Below the pieces are notes generated by a model that worked only from the letters and a program-made list of their open reading frames with translations, was not told the DNA's origin and searched no databases. A DNA stretch of 64,000 nt from Vicugna vicugna (lineage: Eukaryota). Positions 38,435 to 53,989 of the stretch are shown here, piece after piece. The first letter of the stretch is position 1; the number at the start of each line of letters is the position of its first letter. Location of the stretch: NCBI GenBank assembly GCA_013265495.1, contig MU058423.1, forward strand, positions 881,061 to 945,060, read 5' to 3'. The position numbers were made by a program, and so were the translations under genes.

Positions 38435-41400
38435 TCTATAAATAAATTAGTTTTAACTAAGCTCATGCCACAGTTTATAAAGAGCTTTTGCAGACATGAT
38501 TTTCATAACAACCCTGCAAGGAAGGTCATTGTTAGGCCATTTGCCAGATGAGTACCCTGAGGCTGAGGAAGCTCACCGTTGCCTGTCTCTTAGCTGAGTA
38601 GGAAGAGCAAGGACTTGTCAGTCCGTCCGACTCAAAGCCCACCCAGGGGAGCTCCCCCAGAGGGTGGAGAGGATTCCCGTACCACGTTGGGGCTGGGCCC
38701 GCCAACCTGTAGGACCCTTTGAGACTCCATCAGAGTCTCAGACTGAGACAGTAGGGACGCCAGTGCAGCTCAGATAAGGCTTAATGGGAGAGACAATGTC
38801 TCCCGGTCCTTAGAGGGTGGGGATGGGAGAGGAGGGGAAGGGAAGGGAGAACACCCAAGAGAAGGGAGGGTTACTGGACAGTCCAGGGTTGAGCGGGCAG
38901 AGCCAGATAAGACTTGGGAAGGGCAATTGGAACAGCCTGGATTTACCCAAAGGGCCGTGGAGGGCAAAGCACTGTGATGAGTGGGGATACCTGGTGACCA
39001 TATACGGGGTCAAGTGGCCAAATCACTTAGCATTTCCATCTGTTCCGGCCTGGGGCTGATTCCTCTCAGCCCTGCAGTCCTTGCTCCTTGCCCACTTCTC
39101 CACCTGGCACTACCCCACCATCCTGCCAGCTGGAGCTGCAGGAGGATGAATCAGAGGTGTGCTGGCAGGGACAAGACTGGACCTTCAGAAAAGGTCTGCA
39201 CAACTGTGAACACTGGTTTGCCACGTACCCACCCCAGACCCTGCATCCTAGCTCCCCATCACCTCCATGGACTTTGACCTCCGTGCTCCATCTCCTCCTT
39301 TGGGAGTGCCATCTGATAGTGTCTGACCTGGCCATCCCCCCCAACACCCCCCAAACACACACACACACTCCTCTGCTGTGCACGCCGTGGCCCTCTCTTC
39401 CTCCCAAGGTCAGCCTGACTTTCTGCACCACGCACCCACCCCAGCACTAACCAAGGGCTTGTCATGCTAGTGTGCCCCTTTGTGACTGAAGCAGTTCGTC
39501 TCTTCCTGAGAAATGCTTGCCAGCCAAGGGTGGCAGAAGGCCGAGAAGCGGCCCCAGGGAGAAGGGTTGTTTGATGGACATGTGGAGAAAGAGAAGCAGA
39601 TGGCGCGGGCCTGCGGGACAGGGTCTCTGAGGGAGCACTGTTGTTTGATCAGACGTGCGTGCTGCTCTTTCTTGTCAACCTCTACTCCCAAGGGTGTAGA
39701 GGGGGTAAATGGGGACAGGTCTCCAGGGGGCTGAGACTGGGGAGAACAGACTGAGCAAGGCCCGATTTCCAGCAGAGAGTGCCTGTCAGGACTGGGGCTA
39801 GAACTCTGGCCCTGCCCATGTGACTCCCAGCCCATGGCCCCCGAACTGGGGCACTGCCCCGCCCAGGTCTGACGAGGCTGGTCCCCAGGGCTGGGCTCAG
39901 TCAGGGCGGGGTGCTTTCACAGTCTCTGAGACCTCCACCCCTCGACTTCTTCCTTCCAAAAGATAAATGGCCTTGCAGAACTGGCTCGGAGCAGGCCTGC
40001 GCAGAGAAACGGACTGGGTATTTAGGAAGTGCCACCAGAAATCACCAGATCCTGGCTTTCATCTGAATATTGTCCCACTGACAGGAGAGCAGTAGTGAAG
40101 GCGGTGACAGCTCCTCCCCTGGTTTTCATGGGAAGGTGGCTGGCATCACTCCTGTCTAGTTAACAACACCGGTCTGCTGGCCTTATTTTGCGGTCTGCTT
40201 CTCCTCTATACCCTCTCCATGTTAGTGTGTCTTTCCTGGGAGCTGCGTGAGCAAAAGGGTTGTGTCGCTGCAGGAACCAAGCGTCCCTCAGCACTGTGAC
40301 GCGACGACGATCGCCTCTTTTGGTGACCAGGCTGCTGCAGGCCACTCCTTGGTCTTTACTGCCCTCCTACTAGTCGCGATAGGAATAGACTCGGGTACGA
40401 GGACTTTCAGGACCAGGTGACAACATGAAGGTCCTTAAGACTGGGTTGGGGAGAGGAGGTCTGCTCCAGAAGCTGCACCTGTTGGGGTCAGTCAACTAGT
40501 TGGTTTAAGGCAGGATGTTCAGTTATAATTAACTTTAGCATTTTTCACTTCTAGAAGCTCCGTTTTGTTCTTTTCCGCATCTGCCTGGTGGTTTCTGATA
40601 GCATCCTATCGCTAGTTCATCTTTGTGATTCCATCCTTTATTTTGAAAAAGACATTTCCTGTGTAACTCTTCTGCGACCATCCTTTCCAGTTTCTAAAGT
40701 TCTTGGGGGAAGCTAAATCTATGGTTCGTTTTTTTCTGTTGACTCTCACTCATGGTTGCTTGCTTCTGTATGATGTTTTTTTTAAGGCAGATTCATATTT
40801 ACATAATCTTAATCTGTAGGAATCCTGAAGGCCTGGGTTAAAGATGGTTTCCTCTGGACGGGATTCAAGTCTGGTTTGCCCATGAGCTAGGTTCCACCCT
40901 CTTGGGAGCTCTTCAGCCCACGTGCAGGGCCTGGCTTCACTTGAAGGCTGTGAGAGTGTTCCTTTTTTGCCCCTGGCCCAAGGTCAGTTTCCCAATGATG
41001 GGTGGCAGGTCACCGGGCTGGGCTGGCACCTGTCCTCGGAGCAACAGGGTTCCTCCCTCTGCTCACTGCTCCCTCCTCCCAGCTGTGATTTCCCCTTGTG
41101 GTTTGTTCCTTTTTATTGGGAGTAAAATATGTTTCCCCTCCTTCAAGTGAACTCAGCAATACATCAAAAAATGTATTTTCTCCAGCATTTGGGTGTTTTG
41201 CAGCCAAAGGGCTTCCTGATGGTCTGGTCTGCTGGAGTCAGCAGTTCCATTGCTAATCTGTTCATAGTTCATTCACTCATTCAGCAAATATCCTGTATGC
41301 CCATCATGTGCCAGGCATGGTTCCAGGGGCCGAGGGTATGGCTTCTGCCTTCCTGAAGCTTGCAGTCTGATTCCAGAAGGAGTCGGTCCAGGGTTGGCAG

Positions 41401-42783
41401 GGGCTACAGTCCACAGAACACATACCAGCACGGCTGTTTTATCTGTCACTCCCTCTGAAGTACTGAGTGCCTCCTGTGCAGCATGCAGCTTGCTAGGCAC
41501 CATGGATGCAGAGACAGAGGGCCCTGTGCTCGGACTGCGCTGATCCCAGTAGGAAAAACAGCCATGTCAACAGGTACATCAAGTCATAAAGGAGTAAGAG
41601 CCCTGACGGAGGTGGAAAGACACAGGAGTGACGCAAACTCGAAAGCCTGAGGGAGATGACATTTGAACAACATCTGGAAAGATGAGTAATTGTCGCCGGG
41701 CAGAAGGAGTTCCCAGGAGAGAGAAGGGCCTGGCCAAAGGCTTGACGTCAAGGAGGAGCCCGGTGCCTCTGGGAGCAGAGAGACTTCAGTGTGCAGAGTG
41801 TGGACAGCAGGAGGAAGGGAAGGGCAGGAGCGTCGCCAGAGGTGGACACAGGGCCTGCCCCATCTCCCAAGCCTGAGTGCCACCCTAGGTCCTCCCTACC
41901 CTCCATCCTCACACGGTCAGTTACCATGTCCAGCGGGTGCTGCCTCCTCAGTAGGCCGTGTTGTGTCTCCTCCCTCCCATCCTCATGGCCACTGCCTTGG
42001 TGCACATTAGTATTTCCTGCCTGGACTGGTACAGTAACCTCTTAACTGGTTTCCCTTGATCCCCATCCAGTCCATCCTCCATCTACTTCTGAGTGCTCTT
42101 TCAAAGATGAATTTTTGATCATCTCACTTCAGGAGAAAGTTCAGATTCCTTGGATTAACCCAGAAGAAATTTCATGTGACCACCTCTCCAGCCTCATCTC
42201 CCACCTACCCCTTCCTCCAGCCTGTAATTTCTTATAGTTCCTCAGGCTAGCCCTACTGCTTCACAGCTCAGGAAACTGGCCTGTGCCGCTGCCTCCAGGA
42301 GGTCCTCTGACTGCCCTCCAGCTTGATTTAGAGGCCCTTCCTTAGTGCTCACACAGGACCCTGCTTACATCCTTCCTGTAAGATAATGCCATTGAACCGC
42401 CATCATGATTTGCTTGTCTGTCTTCCCCATGAGATTGTAAGCTCCTTAAGGGCAGGGGACATGCTTGTCTATTTGGCTTTCTATCCCCAGCACCCGACAA
42501 AGTGAAAGACGCAAAGCAGACACCCAGCAGGGGTTTGATGAATCAATCAATCCGGAGAAATGAGGTGGAAGCCGGGGGCCCAGGCAGATTGGTGTGTGTG
42601 CAGTACACAGGATGGGCAGGGCATTCCTCCAGTGACTGGACCAGCTCTCACCTGATTTATGACCTGGGGGGAGGGGGGGGGTCTCAGTTTCCTCACAGGT
42701 GCAGTGACTGGTCCGCCTCTTTCTGGCTCTGACATTCTGTAAGTCTGCGGATCTGTGACCTCCAGAGACAGGATGGTTTAGAG

Positions 42784-42969
42784 CAGTGGTTCTCAGAGTG
42801 TGGTCCCAGATCACCAGTATCAGTGTCCCTGAGGACCTTGGTTGCAAGGCAGATTCTCAGGTCTCTCTCCAGACCTACAGAATCAGAAGTCTGAGGCTGG
42901 CGCCCAGCAGTCGGTGTTTTAACAAGCCTTCCAGGCAATTCCAACACACACTGAAGTTCAAAAACGCTG
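42784..42969. mobile_element. MER5A (hAT-Charlie MITE)
   Basis: cagtggttctcagagtgtggtccc...ctgaagttcaaaaacgctg with 8-bp TSD gtttagag/gtttagaa. Confidence 0.85.
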
Positions 42970-43314
42970 GTTTAGAAGCAAGCACAGCTTTGTTACCCAG
43001 CACTATTGCTGTTGAGGTGGCGAGACAAGGAGATTATCGCCCCAGACTCCCAGGGGCCAGGAGCCTGCAGCTGTGACTGGCTGTGACCCTGTAGAGGAGG
43101 CCAACCACGGCAATGGCCTGAAAAGGCCACACATCCCTTTTTCCCAGGATTCTTTGCTGGCAGAACCCAGAAGCACCTCCCTTGGCACCTGAGATCTTCC
43201 TAGCAGGGTGTCTGGGCTCACAGCACTTTGAAAGTTGCTCCATTTTCTTGAAGCTGTTTTCTCATGTATTTAGCCAAGTCCTTTGGCTCATTTCTCTCCT
43301 CCCACAGGAGGGCA

Positions 43315-43535
43315 TAGCAAGAAAGAGGATGCTCTGAAGTCAGACAAGCCTGGTTTGGAATACTGGCTTGGTTTGGCTGATGATCCTGAGCTTGTTAACT
43401 TAACTTCTCTGGGCTTCAGTTTCCTCACCTTAAAGTGGGGCTAATAGTATCTCAGAAGGTTTTTATGAAGATTGAATGGCATGTATCGTTGCCAAGGAAA
43501 AATAAACTAGTACTGAATGGTCAGTGTCATTGTTA
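43315..43535 (+). mobile_element. MIR SINE
   Basis: gctctgaagtcagacaagcctggtttggaat...acttaacttctctgggcttcagtttcctcacc. Confidence 0.75.
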
Positions 43536-45629
43536 GTAGATTCCCCTGCTCTGAACCTCAGCTCTCCCCTCCGGTGCACGCCCAGGTGGGGTCTTCAGTG
43601 GTACCTCAAGGTTCCAAAGTGCTGCCAACCCCTCCCTTTGGCTCCTGGCTCGATGCTGGGGCTCACATTACAGGTGGGGCTCACTTTACAGTGCCTAGCT
43701 GTAGGATCATGGTTTTATATGGGGAGGTAGGGGAAGCGTGGTAGAAATGAGGAGGAATATGGGGCTTTCATTCCACTTCCCAAGTCCCCTTGCTCGAGAA
43801 TCAGCAGCGCAGGGCTGGAGTCACTTGCGGGGGCATGGTTAGGCTGCCAGCCTAGATTTGGTCACCTCTGAAGCCCCTCCTCGCTCTCTAACCAGCCCGC
43901 TGCCCTCCACGTTGGCCCCGCAGGTACCATGGCTTTGGGCTGTAGTAACTAGCAGTGTGTTGGGACTCTGATGTCTAAGAGGCTTGATCCATGTCCCAGT
44001 CCTGCAGCTGGCTAGCCAAGTGACCACCGGCATATTACTTAAGCAATCTGTGCCTCGGTTTCCTCGTCTGTAAAATGAGGGTAATAATTGCTTCTATTTC
44101 TTAGGGTTGCTGGGGGGAAACAAATGAGATCATGTATTTGCAGTACCTAACATGATTTAAGAGCTCAAAAAAAAAAAGTTATGGCAGTGCTGCTCCATAG
44201 GATGGGATTTGAGCATGAAAAGAGGTTGACCAGATGTTTGCCAAGGGGTGCACTTAGCAGCCAGGCAAGTGGTTTCAGTGTCCTCCAGGGTGGTCTACCA
44301 ATTGACTTTGCCACTGGACAAGGAGGCAGCCACAGGGATCTGAGTACCTGGAACTTACATGGTGCCCAGCCTGCTCTAACTTCCCTCCCCACTCTGACCC
44401 CTGCCACCAGGACAGCTTCCACCCCCCCCCCATCTGCAGCTCCAACACTGGGGGTTTCAGGAGCAGAGACAGAACAGAACCAGGTTCAGGGCCATCCCCG
44501 TGGAGAAGGTGGGTGCAGAAGTGGGTGTGGCAGTGAGGCTGGGACCTCTCCCTTGCAGAAACTCATCAAGGACCTGCCTCCGTGACTGAGCTCCTAGCAG
44601 CTGGGCCCTGACTGGGCATTGCCCTGGCCCCCAGCAGAGAACGGACCCCCCACCAGATGGGCAGCTTGGCCCCTACCTGAGAGGAGGGCAGGATCTGACA
44701 GGGGAGCTTGGGTTGCACTTATCTCTCCGCACCTGGAGGAGGAAATGAACGCAGCAATTAATTGTACAAGGCGGGTGGTTTGTGCAGCTTAAGTTCAGAT
44801 AAAAAGTTTAATTATCCCTAAGCCCTGATACAAATTAATTAGTCTTCCATATTAGGAGGGTAAGCTCCCCTGCTCTTGCCACAGCCCAGACATCACTGCA
44901 GATTACCGAGGATGTGCTGGGAGAGGAGCAGGGAGTCCCTGGGCCCCACCCGGGCGAGAGCAGACAGCGGGCTCCACGGTGGCCCCAGCTAAGGTCTGCG
45001 TGTGAGTCCTGAGTCCTGGGTGAGCACCACAGCTCACCTCTGCCTGGCGTGTCATCTCCAGGAGAGGCTTTCTTGTCCCTGACTTTTCTCCGCCCTCAGA
45101 GCCAGGATAGGGGGTGGGGGAGGGGAGTCCTTATTTGCCTGAAAGAAGGAAGGTGGAAAGGAAATAAGGCTATGCCTTAAAAATTTTTTTTCTAGGCCAA
45201 GACATTTTCTGTTTTTTTTTCTTTTCTTATCCCTCTCTTTCCTCAAAATTCCACAGAGAAATTAGGGCATAGATGCCATTAGGACTTGGAGAACCACTAT
45301 CAGCTCCTGCACCAGGAGTGGCCTTGGGACAAAGGGCACTGCCCATCATGGTCATTACAATCCCAATAGTTGCTGTCTAGTAAGTGTTTACCGTGTAGCA
45401 GGCGTGTAGACTTAGCAAGAACATTGCAAGTTATGTTTTCTTCCTTAATTCACACATTCGACCAACATTTATTGAAGTGGTTTGAGCAGGGGAGTGACAT
45501 GCTGGATTTGCATTTTAAGACTATGGTTCTTTGTGAATTAAAGGGGAGCAACAGTGCAAGTGAGGTGTCTGGTTAAGGGGCTTTTGCAGAAGTCCAGTCT
45601 AGAAAAAGCAGGGATCTGGGCCCAGGATT

Positions 45630-45880
45630 TATTTAATAAATATTTATAAAGTTCTGAATATATGCTAGAATAGAGCATTTTACAAATGGTAACTCATCTA
45701 ATCCCTCACTACAATCCTGTGAAGAAGCTAATATTATTTTACCAGGCCCAGGAAACTGAGGACAAAGAAATTAAGTAACTTGCACAAAAGTCATCCAGGT
45801 AACACATGGTAGACCCAGGACTTGCCCCAGGGAGTCTGGTGCTCAGAGTCCACACCTCTAACCCCTACGCTGTACTGCTA
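45630..45880 (-). mobile_element. MIR SINE, antisense
   Basis: aactcatctaatccctcactacaatcctgtgaag...ggaaactgaggacaaagaaattaagtaacttgcaca. Confidence 0.75.
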
Positions 45881-46239
45881 CGTGGGGGAGCAGAGAAGCT
45901 GAGAAGGGGGTGAGCTCCAGCTGACTCCTCAGAGCCCTCTCCCATGACCACCTGCTCCCCACCCCACCCACTCCCCGGAGAAGCAGGATGTGACGGGCAG
46001 AGCAGGATGATGGAAACAGATTGACCTGGGCTTCAACGCAGACAGTTCTGTCTCTTACTGCTTGAGGACCTTGAACAAGTCACTGTCCTCTCTGGACCTG
46101 CTCGTCCTCCCTAAGGAACCTTAACCCTACCCGATAGGGCAATTGTGGGACCCACTGTAGTACATTCTTCCCTTCCATCCTTCCATTCCCTGTCCCCTCT
46201 TCTTCAAACCAAACATTCCTGTTCCCTATGAGAGATTTC

Positions 46240-46680
46240 CAGACAATTCACCACCTCAACCTCCCTTCTCTGGGCACGATCCAGTTAATGAACGTCATAG
46301 TGTATGTAGTGCCCAGAACACTCCACACATCAGCCTAGAAGTGGTCTGCACCAAGGAGCAGTGTATGAACACCCACTCCCTTTTTCTGGACACCATCCTC
46401 CCATCAATCCAGCCTAAGGCAGCATTAGGTTCTTAGCAGCCTCATTAAACTGGTGGCTGTGTTGAAGTTAATTCGCTCCAGTGATTTTTAACTTGGATAG
46501 CTTTTAAGTTCGTCTCTCCATCAGCTATACAAGTCATTGATTATTTGAATCAAAATGTCATTTATCTTTGTTAAAATTAATCTGGTTGATTTCACCCATG
46601 ATTACAACCTGTTAAAATCCTTTTGACTCTTAAAGACCTCAATTCATAGTCACTCTGTCGCTTAGAAATTTAAAGAGCTT
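46240..46680 (-). mobile_element. CR1/L3 fragment, antisense
   Basis: gtgcccagaacactccacac...ctggacaccat...cagcctaaggcagcattagg...gcagcc, typical of antisense L3. Confidence 0.55.
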
Positions 46681-47063
46681 GCTTAAAAACCAACAGCAGT
46701 AGCCTCACCATCCGCATCATCATCACCATCATCACCATGATTACTGTGACAGGAGCCAAAGGGAAGACGATTAGGAAAAACAAGAATTGGTTGGTGTGCA
46801 GCGGTCAAAGGAAGGCTTGAACAGCTCAGCCACAGGAGAGGCAAAAGGGAAGCTGGTCCTCAGGAAGAATTAGTATAGGAACTCCAACTCCATCCGATAG
46901 CTCTTCATGTCTCATCTCTTTCTACTGCCTCCTGCTTCCTCTCTCACTGCAGTCTGGCTTTTCCCCAGGGCAGAAAGCATGGCTGCCAACAGCTCCAGCA
47001 CTTTAGTTGTTATAGTTTCAGTTCCTTTGAAAGAGATTGATCTGGTCTCAAGGGTAAAAGTCC

Positions 47064-47098
47064 AGGGAAGGGAAGGGAAGGGAAGGGAAGGGAAGGAA
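47064..47098. repeat. (AGGGA)n pentanucleotide repeat
   Basis: Directly visible polypurine tract. Confidence 0.9.
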
Positions 47099-47114
47099 AT
47101 GGAAAAAATTGATT

Positions 47115-47875
47115 GACATCATTAACCAACAGTGGAAATGCAATTCAAAACCAAAACGAGATACCACACCACACCCACTAGGACAGCTAGAATCAAAAGA
47201 CCAGTAGTAACAAGTGTGAGTGAAGATGTGGAGAAATTGGAACCCTAATTTATGGCTAGTCGGATTGTAAAAGGGTACGGCCACTGTAGAAAACAGTTTA
47301 GCAGTTCCTCAAACTGTTAAACACAGAGTTACCATATGAGTCCTAGAGAAATGAAAACATATGTCCACATGGAAACTTGCCCATGAATTTTCATAGCAGA
47401 ATTGATTCATAATAGCCAAAAAGTGGAAACAACCCAAATATCCATCAACTGATGAATGAATAAATAAAATGTGGTGTATCTGTACAATGAGATATTATTC
47501 AGCCATAAAAAAAGAATGAAGTACTGATATGTGCCACAACATCGGGAAACCTTGAGACCTTAGCACATTATTCTAAGTGAAACAAGTCAGACACAAGAGG
47601 CCACATATTGTGTGATTCTGTTTATATTAAATGCCCCAAATAAGGAAATCCATAGAGGCAGAAAGTAGAGGAATGGTGGCCTAGGGCTGAAGGGTGGGGT
47701 GTGGAGTGGCTAATGGATGCTAGGTTTCTTCTGGAAGTGATGAAAATGTTCTAAAATTAGACTGTGGTAATGGTAGCACAATTCTGTAAATACTCTAAAA
47801 ACCATTGAATTGTATGATTTAAGTGGATGAATTTTATGGTATGTAAATTATATATCAATAAAGCTGTTAAAAAAT
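47115..47875 (+). mobile_element. L1MB-type LINE-1 3' end
   Basis: gaaatgcaattcaaaacc...gccaaaaagtggaaacaacccaaatatccatcaactgatgaatg...tatatcaataaagctgttaaaaa. Confidence 0.85.
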
Positions 47876-50679
47876 GAATCCAGGAAAGAATTCATTGACC
47901 CAGCTGGAGTCAGATGCCCTATTCTGAACCTACTAACTGTGACCAGTGGGAGCAGGGACATCAGGGAAGGCTTGTAAGAATGTGGCAGCTCCTCTGAGAC
48001 CCAGCTCCTCTGGACAGAGTTTATGTCATAATGGGGAGGGGAGGGGTACAGTTGCTAAGATGGGGCAGGGTATTAACAGACAAAACAATAGGTACCCACC
48101 ACTCTGGCTATTTAGAGAGAATTTATATTTATTCATACACAGCATCAAGTGCTTCTTCTGAATTATCTCATTAATTATCACAACAACCCTATAAGTTAGG
48201 TATATAAAATCCATTTATATTGGTGGAGGCGTAGGAGAAATAACTTTCCCAAGGGCACTGAACGATTTCATAAGTCACGTGGGGCCAGGGTTCAACCCCC
48301 GCATCTGACGCCAGTCTCCTCTTCAATCATTAGGCCACGCTGCCTCCTTCTGGCCTGATAAATGTCATTGAAAAATTCTGGAACACACCACTGGAGACCT
48401 AACTTTAGATCCATTCTTTATTTCACGTACTTATTTACTCTTTCAATGAAGGAGACCCTTCTAACATGAAAGCCAGGCACTTCCTTTGCTGGCCATCACT
48501 GGTCATCTTTGAGAAGGGCCAGAGGACCAGGGATGGTTGTCCAACCCCTGCTCACCACACTGTGACCCATAACTCACTGCTCCAGCTTGTCAAGGGTACA
48601 AGGAACTGGGACAAGAACACATCTTGCTAAAATCACGAGGCAATCGGTCTGTAGCAGTCTCTGATCCACCAGCCGGTTAACCCTCTCAAAACAGGAAATA
48701 AGATTAATTTGGCGAGAGGCGTGCTTAGTGAACCAGTGCAGCTTATTTTCCAAGTGTTCGCAAACTGTCCACTTAATAATCTGCTCTCAAATTCTGCCAG
48801 CAATTGAATGGCAGGATTGATGGATGCCAAGCCTGCTGGTCTGTGGTTTCTCAGACCTTCTTTCCCCTTCTTTAAAGCTACTGATTCAGTAGTTTTCCAT
48901 CTCCAGTCTCTTGGTATTTCTTTTCTGCATCATGATTTGTCAGTGATCACGGGCAGTGGTTCTACAAAGCCATCTGTACCTTCCTCTTGTCTCCTGGGGC
49001 AGGATCCAGGTGGGTCTGTGATGTGAATCCACTGAAGACAGCAGGGGCCCAGCCTGCTCTCCCCTCCCCTATCTCAAGTTCTGGATCCTTTTTATTCCCA
49101 CTTTCCCAGCCTTCCCAAGATAAAGCATGTTCTTCTCAGTGGAGAAGGCAGACAGCGTATGGGAGTCGAGTTGTTCTGCCATCTCGCTGTCATCTGTTAC
49201 CAGCAGACCATCTGCCCAGCAGTGGGCATAGCTCTCCTTCCAGTGGATAAAACAACCTTCTTGTTGTCCTTAGCATTTTTCACCAGCCTTAATCACTGAC
49301 ATGCAGCCTTCCTGACACTGTTCTTACCTACCCCTGCCACACTTCATTTTCCCGATGGTCATGTGCCCAGCGTCCACCTTTCAATCACATCATCTGAAAA
49401 TCCCAGCTACCGTGATTCACCCCTAGGGGCACCCGCTTTTCTTCATCACTGGGATTATTTGAACTTGGAACAATCAGCTTCTCAGCAACAGAGACCATGA
49501 TTTTCAGCTATAGTATTACTGTTCGTAGAGCTGTATGTATCGCCATAGGATTATGACCTAGGTTACTCTTATCTTCATTTTCGAGGCAAGGAATCTGAGA
49601 CCCAAAATAACATTCCCCCAAGGTCACGCAGTTATTCTGTGCTGGAGCTGGTCGGATCTGGTACCCGTGTTGTCTAACTTCAGGAGCCAAGTTCTCGACG
49701 ACTTCACTGGCGGCCACTCCTGAGCATCACGGCAGAGAAGGCAACCCTAGCACCAAAGTTCCCAGAAGGAGCTCTCGCAGGCCTTCATGTCAGTGGCCTG
49801 ACTGAGACAGCCTGAGCCAGGACAAAGGGCCTGGACACTGACGGAGAGGGAAGGCAGCCCTCAGAACAGGAGCCTACTTCATAGGATGTTGAGAGGCTTA
49901 AATGAGATCAAATACATGTCAACCATGGGCACGTCCTCAACAAAGCCCTTAGGTGTTTGGTAGGTGAGGACTTCTCAGTTCAGAAACGGCTCCTCATCCG
50001 CTTCCACATCCTCTCTGGACCCCAGGACACCTTGGAGCCTCCCAATTTCAGTGGCAACAATCCCTGCTCATCCTAAGCCTGCTTCTGCTCCAGACACTCA
50101 GAGGGCACAGAGGTGGGGGAGACGGTGTTTCTGGCTTTGGCCAAAGGAGTCATCACAGCTCTTTGCTTAAGATGACCTTTAAATTACCTCAATAAAGAAG
50201 AGGCTAAGCACTTAACCGCGTGGAGCGTATCATATTGATTGGAGGAGAGAGGCTCTGGCCTGTCTGCCCGGGGCTGAGCGGGAGCCAGGCCAAGCCGGTC
50301 CCGGGGGGCAGCCGCCGGGGTGTGAAGTACTTAGAGTTCCTCTGAGTTCTGAGAGGAGCCAGCACTCTCCCAAAGTGCCTTTACAGCTTAAGGGGCTAAG
50401 TTTTGGAGCTCATGGTCCCCCTCTAGGACGGTGTGGGTAGTCCAAAAGAGGTGAGAGCAAGAGGAGTGGGTTTTACTCCCGGCTGTACCCAAACATGGGC
50501 AGTCCACTTCGTCTCTGAGCCTCGGCCCCGTGTCTGTACAGTGGGGACCAAGGGACCAAGTTCATGGGGTTCATGGAGCTTATGTGAGGCCAGTGTGTAA
50601 AAGTGCTTTGTAAATTACACATCTCCACGTGAACAGAATGCGGCTTATTATTCGTTATTTTTATTATCATAAATGAAGT

Positions 50680-51607
<928 letters not shown>

Positions 51608-53989
51608 TAAGGCAGCTCTGGGTCCCTTGCTCCCTACCCGTGTCCTGTATTCCAGCCCCAGTCAGCCGCACAGGGCAACAACCGCTCAATTACCCACAAG
51701 CTGATGAGCTCCCTTCTGGATGGTCTGTGCAATTTCCTTGGGCCCTGGCTCTGCAAGGCCTCAGCCACCAGCACAGGCAGTGCCCGGACTCCTCCATCTC
51801 CCAGCCAAGAGCTTACCAAGGGAGCGTAATCGCTTTTCAGTGCCCTGTAATGGCCTATACAAAACATCGTGACAAAAATTAATTTGCTTAAAAAGAAAAA
51901 TGGAATACTCTGAAAGGAGATGATTCTGCAGCACTGAGTTCAGGGACAAATGGCACAGCGGGCTTTAGTCCTCGGGGTATCGTGGGATGAGGCACGGAAC
52001 TGCGCTCGATGGTCAGGACTGACCATCATCGGTCCTGAGGAAAGTTTTCAGTGACGCCCAGGGTGCACTGCTCGGGAAGGCAGGGCAGCGTGCGTGCCCC
52101 CTCACCACAGGATGAGGAAAGACGTCTGAAGGCTTTGGTGCCTGGACAGAACCTCCTTTCCTAACCAGCCTCACTTTCTGTCCAGAGCAGCCCCCTCTCC
52201 ACTCAGCCATCTGCCCTTCACCTGCATGTTTAGGGCCTCTGGCTGGCAAAGGTTCTTGGCCCAAGGGGGCTGTTTTTCATTTCTCTTCTGATCTGGGCTG
52301 AAGTACTCCCCCTTCAGTAGCATCTCAGCCTCCAGGGGGTACGGTCAGAGCCTTTCCAGGTATGACGGACGGAGGGACCTCGTTGAACGAGTCACTTACA
52401 GTGGCCTGAGATGTTGTGTCCTTCTTTTATTCTTTCATTTATTCATTCTACACAATTTACTGAGCCCCTACTATGTGCCAGGCCTTACTACGCGTTGAGC
52501 TGGGTTATTTCCTCACCAGCTCCTGGCCTTCCACCTGCAGGGACAATCCCCAGATAGCAGGGCTTCCTCGACATATCAGAAGAATCCAAAATTTCAGCAC
52601 AGATCTGTGTCTGCTGACCGAAACAAAGTCTCAAAGTGCATGAAAATTAGCTCTGAAATGTATAATACTTTGCATATAATGATGCTATATACATTATAAA
52701 GTTATGTAATAAATCTAGCGGGTTCCCACTTCCAGTGTATCCCCTTTTTGTGCCCTCGGGGCCCCCTCCTGCTTGCTTCTGTCTCCCTCCGCCTGCGTGG
52801 AAATAGATTTTGCCTTATCTTGACCTGGGCCTGCGATGTTGTCAGCCTGCCTCTGCCCGATCTGCTGGCTCTCTGCTGTCCTCTCCATCCCCTCCCAGAA
52901 CCATTTCCTCCCTCTTCACCCAAGGTCAGGGCTTCCCCACTCCCAGCCCCTGCTAGCCAGCCCAGAAATAGAAGTCTTATCTCTGTCCCTGTTCAAGTCC
53001 ACTGGCAAATGTGAGCCGTATCTAAGTTCATTGTACAGTCCTAAAGAAAGGGGCTGGGAGAAACTGGGATCTCCTTTCCAAATCAAGGAGCCTGAGGCCC
53101 TGAAGGGCCAGGGTCCTACAGCAACCCCACCCGCTATGGGCCCCGGGCTCACACAGGTTTTTCAAAAAGCAGTGAGGTTCAGAGGAAGCCTCAGCTCACA
53201 CACCCGCCCCCGGCTGTGCCCATCACAGCCCCACTCAAGCTGTGCCTTTCCTGCCCCTGCAGCTACCTTCCCGCCCTGGGCTCGCACCCATACCTACTTC
53301 TTAGAGCATCGCATCTGCTGTGGTTTTACCCCTGCAAAGAACATAACAGGGGCCATTTCTCTGCAGAACTTTGCAAAGCTCTTCCTGTGTGATTAAAATC
53401 CAGAAGGAATCAGCTTTGGTGACTTCCTCCCTCCAGCCCCTAAGAATGAGACTCCCTCCCTTCTGCTCCCTGCCCACCCTCCTCCCTCTCCCTCTTTGCT
53501 CTCCCTTTGAAATTAGGGTAAATATTTAGTGTTTTCCCCTCGCCTGGATACTGTCTCTTCTCATGCTTGCTCAGCTCTGTCTCTTTCACCTTGGGCTTCC
53601 TGTGAGAGAGGGAGAAAGAGAAACCAGGATACTGCCTGCTTCCAGCACTGAGTCTGTGGCAGCCAGGCAAGGAAGGCAGGTCTGGGGACTCAGTGGGAAG
53701 TGGGGAGGCGGCACAGGAAGGAGGTCAGGGGAGCTGATGCTGGTTCCCAGCCCAGATCACATGCTCAGGAGCCACGACAGTAAGCTGCAGCCCACAGGCC
53801 TCAGTTGCAAAGGAAAGGCTCAAAAAGTTGTCACCCTTTCCCATTGTGACTGGTTTGCTTGGGGTTATTACTAAAATGACTCCGCGACTATTTCCTTCAG
53901 AGCCTAGGTGCTCTGAGCCAAGTGAACTGGAGATCAAGTCAGAGGTCTAGCAGTGGACAGAGAGAGGGCAACATCTGAGTGGGGAGTTT

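Noticed and set aside
40406..40426. RE1-like TTCAGGACCAGGTGACAAC (and CAGCACCATGGGAAC at ~29043)
   Set aside because: Several mismatches or an indel in core positions; much weaker than the 9.5-kb site.
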